Below are positions 24,342 through 35,387 of a stretch of 35,387 nucleotides of DNA, piece after piece. Source of the DNA: Perkinsus olseni (lineage: Eukaryota); assembly GCA_013115125.1 (NCBI GenBank), contig JABANN010000362.1:1-35387 (forward strand), given 5' to 3'. Made by a program: the position numbers and the translations under genes. The stretch's first letter is position 1; each line of letters opens with the position of its first letter. Below the pieces are notes generated by a model. The model did not search any database and had not been told where the DNA came from. It was given only the letters and a program-made list of their open reading frames with translations.

Positions 24342-25764
24342 ATGCGAAGTACTCTAAATCATTCACTGTATCATCACTATTGTTGTATGATGAGCAGCTG
24401 CCATAATCGGTATTGGGGTGGATGTACCCGCCGATTATTCATACATACATCATCATCAACTACTGCTATGAATAGTGAAAAGAATGGTAGTATGATAAGT
24501 AAACAAGGACATGATGTCATCACTACATCAACAACAACAAGCACCACCACCCAACCTAGAGTAACAGCAGATTATGAAAAAGCGTTAATGGAGTGAGTAC
24601 TAGTGGTGTCTCCAATGATCTCAATATTTATTATAGATATCGCATGAATGAACAACGTAAAAGAAAGAGAGATAGTATGGTAATAATAACAACAGTGATA
24701 ATAACATGATAACCACCGCGATGATGCTGTTCTATGATAGGGTAACATCATGTTTGGTATGTGTCTTGGTGCAGCAGTACTGTATATAGCTTCATCATTG
24801 GAAGATGTTACTAGTGTTTTACAGTAATAGCAACAGCAGTCTGATACTATCATACAAGGGTTATTATGTTGGTTTAGGTACTGTATACCACCAATGCTAG
24901 CTTCATTACCAATGAATAGTGTACAAAATATAATAACAAGGTTGGCTAGGTATGATTATCTACCAGTTGATTATAACAGCGAAGATCCGTATATGATTCA
25001 GAGCATTCAGGGTATAACATTTAACAATCCGATAGCACTATCACCTGGGATTGATGTTAATTGTGATGGGCCACATTCATTGATAAAACTAGGTTTTGGC
25101 GCTGTTGAGATTGGTACTATAACCATTGAACCGCAACAACAACAAAAAGGAGCATATGAACTACAATTGTCCGGTGCTGACGAAGATGATGATAAGAGTG
25201 TAGAAGGAGTGGTATCATCCAGAATTATGATTAATCAGGAAAATGAGGGCGGATCCCATAATATACTTCGCCGATGGTTGCGGATATTATATAATTTATC
25301 TACGGATTATAAGTCATGTATGGATAATAAAGGGAATGATGATGATGATGCTGCTGTTCGGGTGAAACGCGATATGAATACTTTCACTATACATTATCCA
25401 TCTGAAGATGATGTCCGCAATAGATGGTTAATGCTGCAAAGTGTTGGAGTACACGAGATAAGCAAAAGGCTTGATAACATTGATTTTACTCCGGATCTGG
25501 TACGTATTGGTAGAGTTGGTGTATCTATGAAAGCATCAACAACAAGAGAGGTTAGGATTGGTATTGAAGCATTAGCAGATAGAGTTCATTGGATATCGTT
25601 AGATTGTCGTCATATTGAAAATGACGTAATATCACAATCAGTCTGCTGCTGCTGCTGCTGCTGCTGCTGGACTTCTTTGTCGTAGATACCAAGAATACTA
25701 CATCTTTATCAAGCTGCATTAGCCCGGAGGAAGGACTTTGATGATCGTTATCGAAAGGAGTACG

Positions 25765-25803
<39 letters not shown>

Positions 25804-26507
25804 GAATGATATATGAGTTATACTCTTATTTTTGCAGGGTACATGATTGCAATGGGGATGAGGTCCAATTGATGCAACTACATCAACCCGCGCGGCTGTT
25901 CATCCGAGTATCCGTAAACCAGAATGATGACGCTCGGGAAGAATTGGCTAGGAAAATCGCGGAAGATGATAAGAATATCGAGGGCATAGTTATCAATGGT
26001 GCGGTATATAATAAGGATAAGAACGAAACTATTAGTGGTAGAGAAACCAGACCATTTATTAACGAATGTGTTGGTAAATGGTACAAGGAACTAAAGGGGA
26101 AGGTGATAATAATCCTATTAATATTATCACACATAATGTCAGTATCGTGTTGCTAAGGTACCTATAATAGCTTCTGGTGGTGTAATGAGAGGACATGATG
26201 CATTAGACCTCATCGAACATGGTGCATCTGTTATACAGGTAGTAGTAGTACTACTAGGACTCATGATGATGTGGGCGGCAGCAGCAGGAGCCACTGTGCT
26301 GTATAGAGTATCTGTATGATGAAGTTAGGTTTATTCGGCATTTATATTCCAAGGGCCTCAGGCAGCCAGACGATTGAAAGATCAATTATCTGATTTATTA
26401 TTGAAACGAGGATATTACAACATCGAAGAGGCGATCGGTGCCAAGCTGAAGAAGAAGAATAGTAGAAGAGTCAAGGAATTCCATCGTAAACGTATACCGT
26501 TCATAAC

Positions 26508-26511
<4 letters not shown>
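24342..26511 (+). CDS. Class 2 dihydroorotate dehydrogenase-like protein with degenerate active site
   Basis: Presequence-like N-terminus and TM helix (IMFGMCLGAAVLYIA); GITFNNPIALSPGID..LGFGAVEIGTIT.EPQ; ISGR; KVPIIASGGV..G.DALDLIEHGASVIQVYSAFIFQGP; EEAIG; stop 26509-26511. Confidence 0.85.
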
Positions 26512-26541
<30 letters not shown>

Positions 26542-26754
26542 CCTAGTCGTGGTAACGTGTTTCTGATAACATCTTTACTAGTGTTCATTATTATTGACCC
26601 CCTACTACTGCTGTCGGCTACATAATTACACATTGTGGAGAAGTACAATCATTAGAAGATGATGAGAGTAGTAGTGTAGCGGCCAAGCTGTGTATTACAC
26701 TGGACAATAACACAATACCACCCGACAACGATGGTGGTGAAATGGTCATAACAC

Positions 26755-27156
26755 TCAATCGACATGCGGTAGTATCTGTAATTCTGTACAACTGGGAGCG
26801 ACCACTGTGAATGGTTTCCTCAATTGAACGTACCTGTAAGGACATGATAATAAGATATATAATTATTATTATCATGATGATTACGGTCCACTTTTGGTTC
26901 GTGTAACCCACCACAATTCATATTCTCCTGTACATAAGCGTGACGTATCAATATATGTTGTAGCATATCCACTGAAGAGAGTATCACCCCACGAGTTCAA
27001 AGGCACCTAAGAAGAGATCGAGTAATAATCATGATGATCGGATGGTGGTGGTGGTGGTTCGGCGGTTAGTCACTATTCATTCTCACATCTGCTATAACTT
27101 CCTTAACTTCATCCACCAATATATTCCGCCTTTCCGCAATGCTCTGGATCATGATG

Positions 27157-27202
<46 letters not shown>

Positions 27203-27762
27203 CACTACTACTATCATCCGAAGATGATGATGATGATGTACTACTACTACTACTACTACTACTAGCAGCAACAGAAGCACTACTCGAGGAGGAAGCAGCA
27301 GCAGCAGTAGTTCCACCGAACTCATCAACATTTCGTGGACGTCCCTGAGCACGATGTACTTCTATATACGCCCCACAATTAGGGTCCTTCTCGTATTCTG
27401 TATTGATACATGTTGGTATTCTGGAATTTTGCATATATGCTACATGCATATCATCAGCATCAATACCACCGATAACATGATAGGGATGATCCTGATCATC
27501 ATGATGATACTGATGATGAGGTTCATTACGTATTGACTCACTTGACAGGCTGGTTGATTGGAATATAAGCAGCATTCATCATCTCGTCCACCTGTTAGTG
27601 TTGTATTATAACATGGATTTATCCGTATATCCATTTGATAATATATAGTCCATGTTCTCGGTGATGATGATATTCTACTCGAATCAATGGCGTTGGTATA
27701 ATCAACATCGTCAATTAATCTCATCTTATAGTCCTTCCTGATCATCATCATCATACAACCTT

Positions 27763-27803
<41 letters not shown>

Positions 27804-27955
27804 AAGTGTTGACTACACTACCTCAACTGGGACAGGTATCGACTGCTGCTACTAGAGGATGAGTATCCGCTATGTGTACCCCATCCATCATCATTCTTGT
27901 ATTCATGAGCATCATGATAAGGCATTGATGATAGGATGAGGATGATGATGATCAT
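26755..27955 (-). CDS. Hypothetical Cys/Trp-containing, possibly secreted protein with Ser-rich insert
   Basis: MIIIILILSS N-terminus; INPC..DECC..PAC; PTC..DPNCGAYIEVHR; final exons LCTGEYELWWVTRTKSGP/YVQLRKPFTVVAPSC..HVD*. Confidence 0.6.
27156..27265. repeat. Compound (CTA)n/(GAT)n microsatellite encoding poly-Ser on the minus strand
   Basis: Direct observation; lies in ORF 27066-27575. Confidence 0.85.
27763..27803. repeat. (GAT)n microsatellite
   Basis: Direct observation. Confidence 0.9.
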
Positions 27956-28789
27956 AGAATTCTTATCAATCTGCCGTTGAGCTGTTCTTCGTTATCCCTG
28001 CGTTTTTATTAACATCCGACTTATTGCTCTTAAATAAACCAACAACAAGGTTGTTAAGATCAACGAGCTAGTAGTAGTGGTACTTATGAGAGATATGATG
28101 ATGGTGATACGTCATCATCATCATCACCATCATACCGATAATTGACTATACTCATGTTACCGTATGTTAACTATATATTAACATATATAATTAAGGCAAA
28201 GACTCCAATGACCACACTAGTACGAGGAGGATCTTGTGGTGGTGGTGGTGAGGAAAGTCTGCTGCTGCTGCTGCCACCAGGCGCTGCTGTCGCTGCTCGA
28301 CGTTAGTTCATAGTAGGGCGGGTGATGATAGCTGTTAAAGGATGATACTTACAGTATACCAATAGACTTTATAATATTATGTTAACTAAGATGACGATGA
28401 TACAACAGCGGTGGTGCATCCTGGTGAGATTCGAAATTACTTTTATGACGCTGGTCGGAAGCAATATAAATCGATAATGATGTTGTTGCTGCTGTTGTTG
28501 TTGTCATTCATCATACGAGCAGTAATGATAGGATGCATTAGAAAAAAAGGATGATAGAAAACTGCTGCTTGGTGTTGCGGTGTTGACGCTGTTGCATGAT
28601 TGTAGTAGTGTTATCAATAACGTTCATGGTGATATATGAAGATAGATGACGAGAGGTGACGACGTAGAGTAGTAGAAGGCAGTCTGATGAGAAAGCATCA
28701 GCCTTGTTACTCTTGTTACGAATACACCAGACGTAACACTACCTCATTAATCGTCGTCATCATCGAATGCGCCGACTAAGAGGGAGGTA

Positions 28790-29946
28790 TTGTCACCTCC
28801 GGCATGACAGCCAAAACCCTGATGATGACGTAGGTAAGGATGAAAACCCATCATGATACTCGCGTTTCACCTTCTTCCTTGCTTCAGCAGCAGTACGCGT
28901 CTTCATTGGTGGTGGTATCTGATTGTCGTTATTGACTAGTAATAATGATAATAATAAGCTTCTTCCGTAGTAACATACAGTTGAGTTCTCATATCCCCAC
29001 ATAGGGTAATACTCCTCTTTATCGTCATCATCGTCATCATCATCATCATCATCATCCACAGCACCCTCCGAGGATCCATGAGGTCCCTGATAGATCTCAT
29101 CATCCCAACATCATTACAAGTGGACAAGTTATCACCACTAATGTTTTAGTACTCTGCTGCTGCTGCTGCTGCTGCTGCTCACTTCCTAAAGTATTACCGT
29201 ACCTTATAGTGACGAGACCAGCAGCATTATTATTACTGTTATTATTATTATTATCAGCAGAAACATGTGTATTAGAGTAGTGAACTACGTTACTTTTGTT
29301 ATCATCATCATGAAGATGAGTATGATGATGACAAGAATGTGAATTATTACTAAGGGAGAATCTGGTATCAGGATTCCCATTAGAATGTATAATTCTATCA
29401 GTATCAGATAAGTACCTAGGGAAGAAAAAAAGAGTATGACGATAATTAGTAGTAAAGATGCTTTTCGTTTCCCCTCTGCCATTACCTAAAAACTTTTATG
29501 GTACAACCATCGTCGCTTGCGTCGTGATCATGAGGTTGATGAACCTTATTTCCTCTTTCATCATCCTCCTCTTCTTGATTGGGTATTACCGCTCCCCATT
29601 TATCACCTCCTGTTACTATATTGCCGGTTACATCGACCATAGGTAGATAGACGCTTGATGATCCTGCTGATGATGATGGTGATGGTGATAGTATTAATGA
29701 GGGTATCTGTATCTCAGGGGGCGGTAATTGTTTACGTGGATGGAGGTAACTCCAAGAGCAGTCTAATGATGATGCCACACTCGATGGTGGCTGGCGTTCG
29801 GGTAGCATCGACGTATCATCATGATGATCACTTTGGGCAGATGCTAATACCAATACTGATGATGTTGAGGGAAAAGAAGAGATCTCCTTCTGTTCGCGGC
29901 CCTGCTTAATGTTGTTGGATTCGCCATCTTGTTTATGGAGATCATC

Positions 29947-29977
<31 letters not shown>

Positions 29978-30870
29978 CAGGTACGCAGACGATGATCGGG
30001 TAATATAACTACCGCTGATTGCATGATACCCTCACCGCCAGTAGTTATAGCACCGTCCCCCTCCCCCTCCTGATGCTGCTGCTTATCATCAGCCCCATCT
30101 TCTTGTTGCTCATGTTTATCATGACCATCGCCATGACCATCTCTTCTATCATCATCTTCGTCATCATCATCTTGGTTATCTAGGGGGGAGGCCATAGGGG
30201 AGGCCAATGCCGTGGACATGATTGTTGTTGTTGCAGCAGCAGTAGAAATAGTATCCTCCTATAAGTATATAATAATACACAGAGGAAAAAACTGCCACAC
30301 CGCCAATCGGCACCAATAAAGCAATGAAGAGCAGTACCACCCCACACCCAACTACTACTAATACAGACACTACCCCACCCCACCTATCCTGATGGGAGCG
30401 CTAGCATGATACGAATTGACAAATTCACTACTACCACAAAACTCACGGTTTATGACAAGTGTAGTAACTTTACAATGATTGTGATGGTGAGTATTATGAG
30501 ACAGAATATTCCCGGCTAGCCTGTGGGGAGATGATGATGATGATGATGATGATAATTGTCAGCATAATAACGAAAAGGGATGCACTATGATGATTACCAC
30601 CACCACCGCCTAGGTAGACATCCACAAAGGAGAGAATAATGATACTAGTCGGTGAAGATTGTGAGTATTAATATCATAATACAGCCGAGAGCTGAGATGG
30701 TGATGATGACGATGGAGGACTAACAATACAACAAGTTCCCATTACCTATGCTGATTGTAGTAGTGCTGGAGATAACCAATAGCAATGATGATGATGATTA
30801 AACTTAGGTAGTAGTACGATTATCATAACATCCATCTGAATATACTATGCGGTGGTGGTGATGGATACAT
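28790..30870 (-). CDS. Hypothetical membrane protein with long acidic/His/Ser-rich low-complexity region; boundaries uncertain
   Basis: 245-aa open frame 29482-30219, upstream hydrophobic segment VLVVVGCGVVLLFIALLVPIGGVAVFSSVYYY, further minus-strand open pieces to ~28793. Confidence 0.4.
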
Positions 30871-30976
30871 CAATGCCGATATTATTATCATCTCTGTATT
30901 ATTGTTGATACCAACATTATCGGTACTACCACCATAATCATTGTAGTAGTCGAATGATGTAGTATGATGGACATCA

Positions 30977-31382
30977 TCACATAATAGTGCAGAAACATTG
31001 AGAATGCTTCCCTTTCTCCCCTGATTCACCATTATCTAACAACAACGATAATCTAAACATTATTCAAAGTATAATACAGTAGTATTATTATTACCACTTA
31101 CCTGCTTTAACAGACTTAGGTACGGCACTAACATGAATAGGTGTTGGTACGGTAGGATTCACCATTATCTATCAATAAGAACAACAACGATACTATTCAT
31201 CATACCACATCATCGCCATCATGATCATCACCAAGTTAATACTACTACCTTGCTATCTGCCAAAGTCTTATTGTCCTCTAATTCTTTGCCACCGGAGAAT
31301 ATGCGTAGCCGCCCAACCTCACTCACTGGTAAGAAATCTAATACATCATCGTTCTTGGTAGTAGTAGTATTAGTAGCGAGCG

Positions 31383-31419
<37 letters not shown>

Positions 31420-31736
31420 AATAATAATAATGAGTATTAGTGCTACTACTACCTTTAGGCCACTTCTCCTCATGCATGATTCTCTTTTTAACATCCATCA
31501 CTGTATCAGTTAACTGAGTAATAAGCAGCAGTCCATGTACTACTATGGGTAGGTTGTGTTACATTAAACTTCTCTTCTAATGCTTTACCATCATGATTAA
31601 CAAATATAAGCCTTAATGTTACCATTTTGCCACTACCATCCACTGCCTGACCATGATCATGATGATGATGATGATGATGATCTATCATAGTTGTATCGGC
31701 TGTATGCTTATCATTATATGCTGTTGTAGTAGTCAT
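30977..31736 (-). CDS. Membrane-anchored ubiquitin-fold protein (MUB/UBL3-like) with CaaX box
   Basis: VTLRLIFVN..DVKKRIMHEEKWPK..LRIFSGGKELEDNKTLADSK..PTPIHVSAVP; last exon DNGESGEKGKHSQCFCTIM*. Confidence 0.8.
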
Positions 31737-31891
31737 AATACGACAGTATAAATATCCAAATTAACTACTAGCGACAATCTATTGTAGAAGACGCGGAGGC
31801 AACCCGACGATGAACTCTTGCTCATCTTGCTACTTCTTGCACTTCCTCAACGCCACCGCGCATCCCGTCTTCTCAGAAGGTGGCTCCGCGT

Positions 31892-31913
31892 AAATCGATC
31901 ACGTGATCGATTT
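31892..31913. promoter_or_regulatory. Perfect 22-bp palindrome with central CACGTG in the divergent intergenic region
   Basis: AAATCGATCACGTGATCGATTT equals its own reverse complement; regulatory role is inferred only. Confidence 0.4.
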
Positions 31914-31995
31914 GTAAGGTTCCATCGTCGGAGATGGTCTCTAGAGTCTGGTAAAACTACGTGTGGACCGCTCATCCCTACTTATCATATAGAAG

Positions 31996-32499
31996 ATGGC
32001 TCCTAAGTTCGACCCCAACGAGATCAAGATCATCTACGTCCGTCAGTATGGCGGTGAGGTTGGTGCCTCCTCCGTCCTCGCCCCGAAAGTCGGCCCTATC
32101 GGTATGTCTCCCAAGAAGATTGGTGAGGATATTCAGAAGGCTTCTCAGGACTGGAAGGGAATCAAGATTACTGCTCAGTTGGCTGTCCAGAATCGTAAGG
32201 CTACTGTTACCATCAAGCCTACTGCCACCTCCCTCCTTATTAAGGAATTGAAGGAACCTCTTCGTGATAGGAAGAAGACTAAGGATATCAAGCATAATGG
32301 TAACCTTACTATCGAACAGGTATTGGGTGTTGCTAAGAAGATGCGTGCTACCTCTATGGCTAAGGAGTTCAAGGGTACTGTTAAGGAGGTCCTCGGTACC
32401 TGCCGTGCTATTGGATGCAGCGTTGGCGGCCGCAGCCCTCAAGAATGGCAGAATGACATTGATACCGGTGATTTCGTTCCCGAGGAGCCATCTGATTAA
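31996..32499 (+). CDS. RPL12: 60S ribosomal protein L12 (uL11), intronless CDS
   Basis: MAPKFDPNEIKIIYVRQYGGEVGASSVLAPKVGPIGMSPKKIGEDI..KEPLRDRKKTKDIKHNGNL..GTVKEVLGTC. Confidence 0.98.
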   Translation: MAPKFDPNEIKIIYVRQYGGEVGASSVLAPKVGPIGMSPKKIGEDIQKASQDWKGIKITAQLAVQNRKATVTIKPTATSLLIKELKEPLRDRKKTKDIKHNGNLTIEQVLGVAKKMRATSMAKEFKGTVKEVLGTCRAIGCSVGGRSPQEWQNDIDTGDFVPEEPSD

Positions 32500-32681
32500 T
32501 GATGTAGCGATGATAGGAACGACGATGAAGGAGAGTTGATGATAAGCACATCAGCCTTGATAGTAGGTTGTTGTTGTTATGGCGGTTTCCTCACTATCAT
32601 CATATTGTTGGGTTGTTGATTTTAACGGGAATCGGTTATATTGTGGTGATACTACAGATCATCACGACAGCGGTAGTAGAA

Positions 32682-34347
32682 ATGAGCAAGCATCATGTTA
32701 ATGAAGAGGACGATAATATCAAAGCCTCTGCTGCCGAGTATGTCCCCTTTGAGGATTATCAGAAGGATATAATAACCTTGAGGGTAACTTGACGTATATA
32801 TGTAATATCCAATAGGGTCCTCCAACTGTTTCATAGGCACAGGCAGCTGCAGCATCAGCGACACCAGGGACTGATCATCATGGGGATGATGAAGGTGAAG
32901 ATAATAACATTACTTCACACCCAACAGCCCCTACCAATCCTTCAACAACAACAACACCACCAGCAGCAGGAGCAGCGGCACTGGTATCATCTAGATCCCT
33001 ACCTAATATACATGATGTAATAGTAGTGTTGTTATTAGTCGTTTTATTATAGTAGTATTATCAGACCGATGCATTGACAGCATCTGATATCGCCAAACCT
33101 GGTGGATTCAGACGTCATTACATCCAGGCAACAACAACAACTTCGCCTAACAACAACAATGATGATGATGATGGCATATTGACAAACACACCGGAGGAGA
33201 GTAATAGTAGACAAACACCACTAGTAGAGAATAGTAGTAATGCTGGCAATGATCTAAAAGTACCACTACTATCACTCCCCGAGGATAATAATAATAACAA
33301 TACTGGTACAGTACCCAAGAGACGCGATAACAAGGTAATATGTTAGTGTTGTTGTTTATTCTTGGACCTATAACCTTAGGATGATGTTACGCCAAGGCCG
33401 ACGTCGTTTGATGATGATTATCATGATAATAATGGAGATGGTGGTAGTTCCAATATCGACATTAATAGTCCAGCTATTGATGATGAAGATGAGAATCACG
33501 AGGCATTGAAGGAGTCTATTATGGATAACTTGACATACATGTTCGATTTCTTCACAGATGTTGAAAATAATAATGGTTACGATGACGATAGAGGTAGTAG
33601 TAGTAGTATAAGTTGGTGATGTATTATTATTATCTTATGTGGCTCCTCATAGGTGGCTTGTTTGATGATAGAACTTCAAAAGAACTGGCGTTACGTGTGC
33701 GGCCTCATAAAAAGAGCGGTATTATTAAAACGGTAATAGCACTAACAATCATGATAATAATAATACTATTATTATTACCAAACAGATATTGTCAATTTTC
33801 AAGTCCTTCATTGGTGTTGGTATCTTATTCTTGCCTAATGCGTTTCATAATGGTGGATGGTTATTCAGTTGTTTATGTATGATATTATCAGCATTATTAT
33901 CAACTATTGGAATGTATAAATTAAGTTCATGTCATGAGAGAACGCATAAGACATATCCGCAAATGGGCTATGTAGCATATGGTACTATTGGTTATTATAC
34001 CATATCATTCCAGCTAGCACTCAGCCAATTCTGTTTTGGTATAACAGGTGTTATATACATCACAAATACTCTGAGTAATAATAATAATACTGTCATCGTT
34101 GTTGTTATAATACCTATGTCGTTGTTATCAGGTCATATAGTAGCATGTATAGTATCCGGTGATATCTCAGAAGATGCCGGTGTTAGTGAGAGTGTTAGAG
34201 AAGGATTAGCTACCAACTATGATAAGATAGTACATGCCTTCTATGTTATAGTACTTCTTACGTATATACCATTATCCTTCATAAGACGGATTGGTAATAT
34301 GAAGTTTACTAACTTGGTAATAATAATAACGACAACAACAACAACAA

Positions 34348-34416
<69 letters not shown>

Positions 34417-34750
34417 CAATAGGACATAAGCATTTGTTGTTGTCAGGTCGGTGATCTATGTATCTTACTCGCAGTAATATTTGTTTTGATTGCTGCATGT
34501 AGGACACTTTCATCTAATGGTATAGCAGATAATGTTAAAGCTATAGAAGGGGATAGGATGTTGTCATTTATTGGTACTGCTGTATACTCTTTTGAAGGCA
34601 TTGGCCTGGTAATACCAATACGTGAGAGTATGGCCAAACCACAATATTTCAATATTCTACTGAGTTGTATGATCACCTTCATGGGCCTCATGCTATGTGC
34701 TTTTGGGTTGATAGCATATCTGGCCTGGGGACCGACGGTTGAACCAGTGG

Positions 34751-34808
<58 letters not shown>

Positions 34809-35006
34809 CTGTTGTTGTTGTGATAATGATACATAGCATACACATGACATTACCATTATCTTCTTCTTCTTGTTATTGTTCTCCCTATTGATAGGTCCTC
34901 AATCAATTACCGGTCACACCAACATCTATAGTTATACAGTTATTATACTGTCTTGCTGTAACATGCACATTCCCGATAACATTGTACTACTACGACTACT
35001 ATTCTC

Positions 35007-35039
<33 letters not shown>

Positions 35040-35315
35040 CTATCATCATCAGTGATGTTTGTTAGATATCCAACTTTCACCATAATGGAAATACACATAT
35101 TTAAGGATATTAAACCGAGTATGAGGAGGACTTGGCTCAAGAATGCACTCAGAACATGCGAGACAACTCTCTGTGTACTCTCAAAAAACAACAACAACAA
35201 TACTAATACCACATCATCATCGATTCGTCATTCTTTCATGACCATCATCAGGTTTTACTAGCATATTTTGCTGCTGAGGATGTTGAAATGTTCGTATCAT
35301 TTGTTGGAACCTTCT
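32682..35315 (+). CDS. AAAP-family amino-acid transporter (Avt3/Avt4, SLC36-like), 3'-truncated by the window end
   Basis: LTASDIAKPGGFRRHY; IFKSFIGVGILFLPNAFHNGG; PLSFIRRIGNM; FIGTAVYSFEGIGLVIPIRESMAKP; last visible exon EMFVSFVGTF followed by a GT donor at 35316. Confidence 0.9.
34348..34416. repeat. Intronic (TAG)n microsatellite
   Basis: Direct observation inside a transporter intron. Confidence 0.92.
34753..34808. repeat. Intronic (AGT)n microsatellite
   Basis: Direct observation just after the GTGAGT donor. Confidence 0.92.
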
Positions 35316-35316
35316 G

Positions 35317-35317
<1 letters not shown>

Positions 35318-35387
<70 letters not shown>
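35318..35387. repeat. (ACT)n microsatellite at window end, intronic
   Basis: Begins immediately after GT donor at 35316. Confidence 0.95.

Noticed and set aside
27042-27352. Poly-Leu/Val/Thr ORFs suggesting membrane or mucin proteins
   Set aside because: Alternative-frame translations of microsatellites
28248-28372. GAGGAAAGTCT resembling RNase P/MRP conserved region I
   Set aside because: No convincing P4 partner at a plausible distance; flanked by low-complexity repeats
30380-30520. HHNHC as a possible DHHC palmitoyltransferase motif
   Set aside because: No DHHC or CxxC spacing of the cysteine-rich domain found
31978-32442. 154-aa antisense ORF over RPL12, and similar antisense ORFs over the myosin and TyrA exons
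   Set aside because: Expected shadow frames of biased coding sequence; no recognisable motifs
35131-35142. CTTGGCTCAAG matching the 3' end of the dinoflagellate/perkinsid spliced leader
   Set aside because: Lies inside a transporter coding exon (TWLK), not before a start codon; 5' half of the leader is absent
1-35387. tRNA, rRNA, CRISPR arrays, transposase or reverse transcriptase
   Set aside because: None recognisable by eye; tRNAscan-SE, Infernal and RepeatMasker would be needed to exclude them formally

Overview
Gene-dense eukaryotic genomic contig with many short (about 40-100 nt) GT-AG introns and abundant trinucleotide microsatellites; both ends break inside (ACT)n tracts. Gene content (class XIV-type myosin with RCC1/ATS1-like tail) and architecture suggest an alveolate, probably Perkinsus-like (inference). 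Gene models were spliced by eye, so internal exon boundaries are approximate. In order: MyoH-like myosin (+), weak hypothetical (-), MTG1/RbgA GTPase (+), MAK5/DDX24 DEAD-box helicase (-), membrane-anchored FHA protein (+), hypothetical (+), CutC (-), a trifunctional prephenate/arogenate dehydratase-ACT + TyrA dehydrogenase + class Ib aminotransferase fusion (-), N-acylated coiled-coil protein (-), DHODH-like probable pseudoenzyme (+), two hypotheticals (-), MUB/UBL3-like CaaX ubiquitin-fold protein (-), intronless RPL12 (+) and a truncated Avt3/SLC36-like amino-acid transporter (+). The most notable item is the single-polypeptide post-prephenate Phe/Tyr pathway, followed by the degenerate DHODH and the MyoH-like motor.
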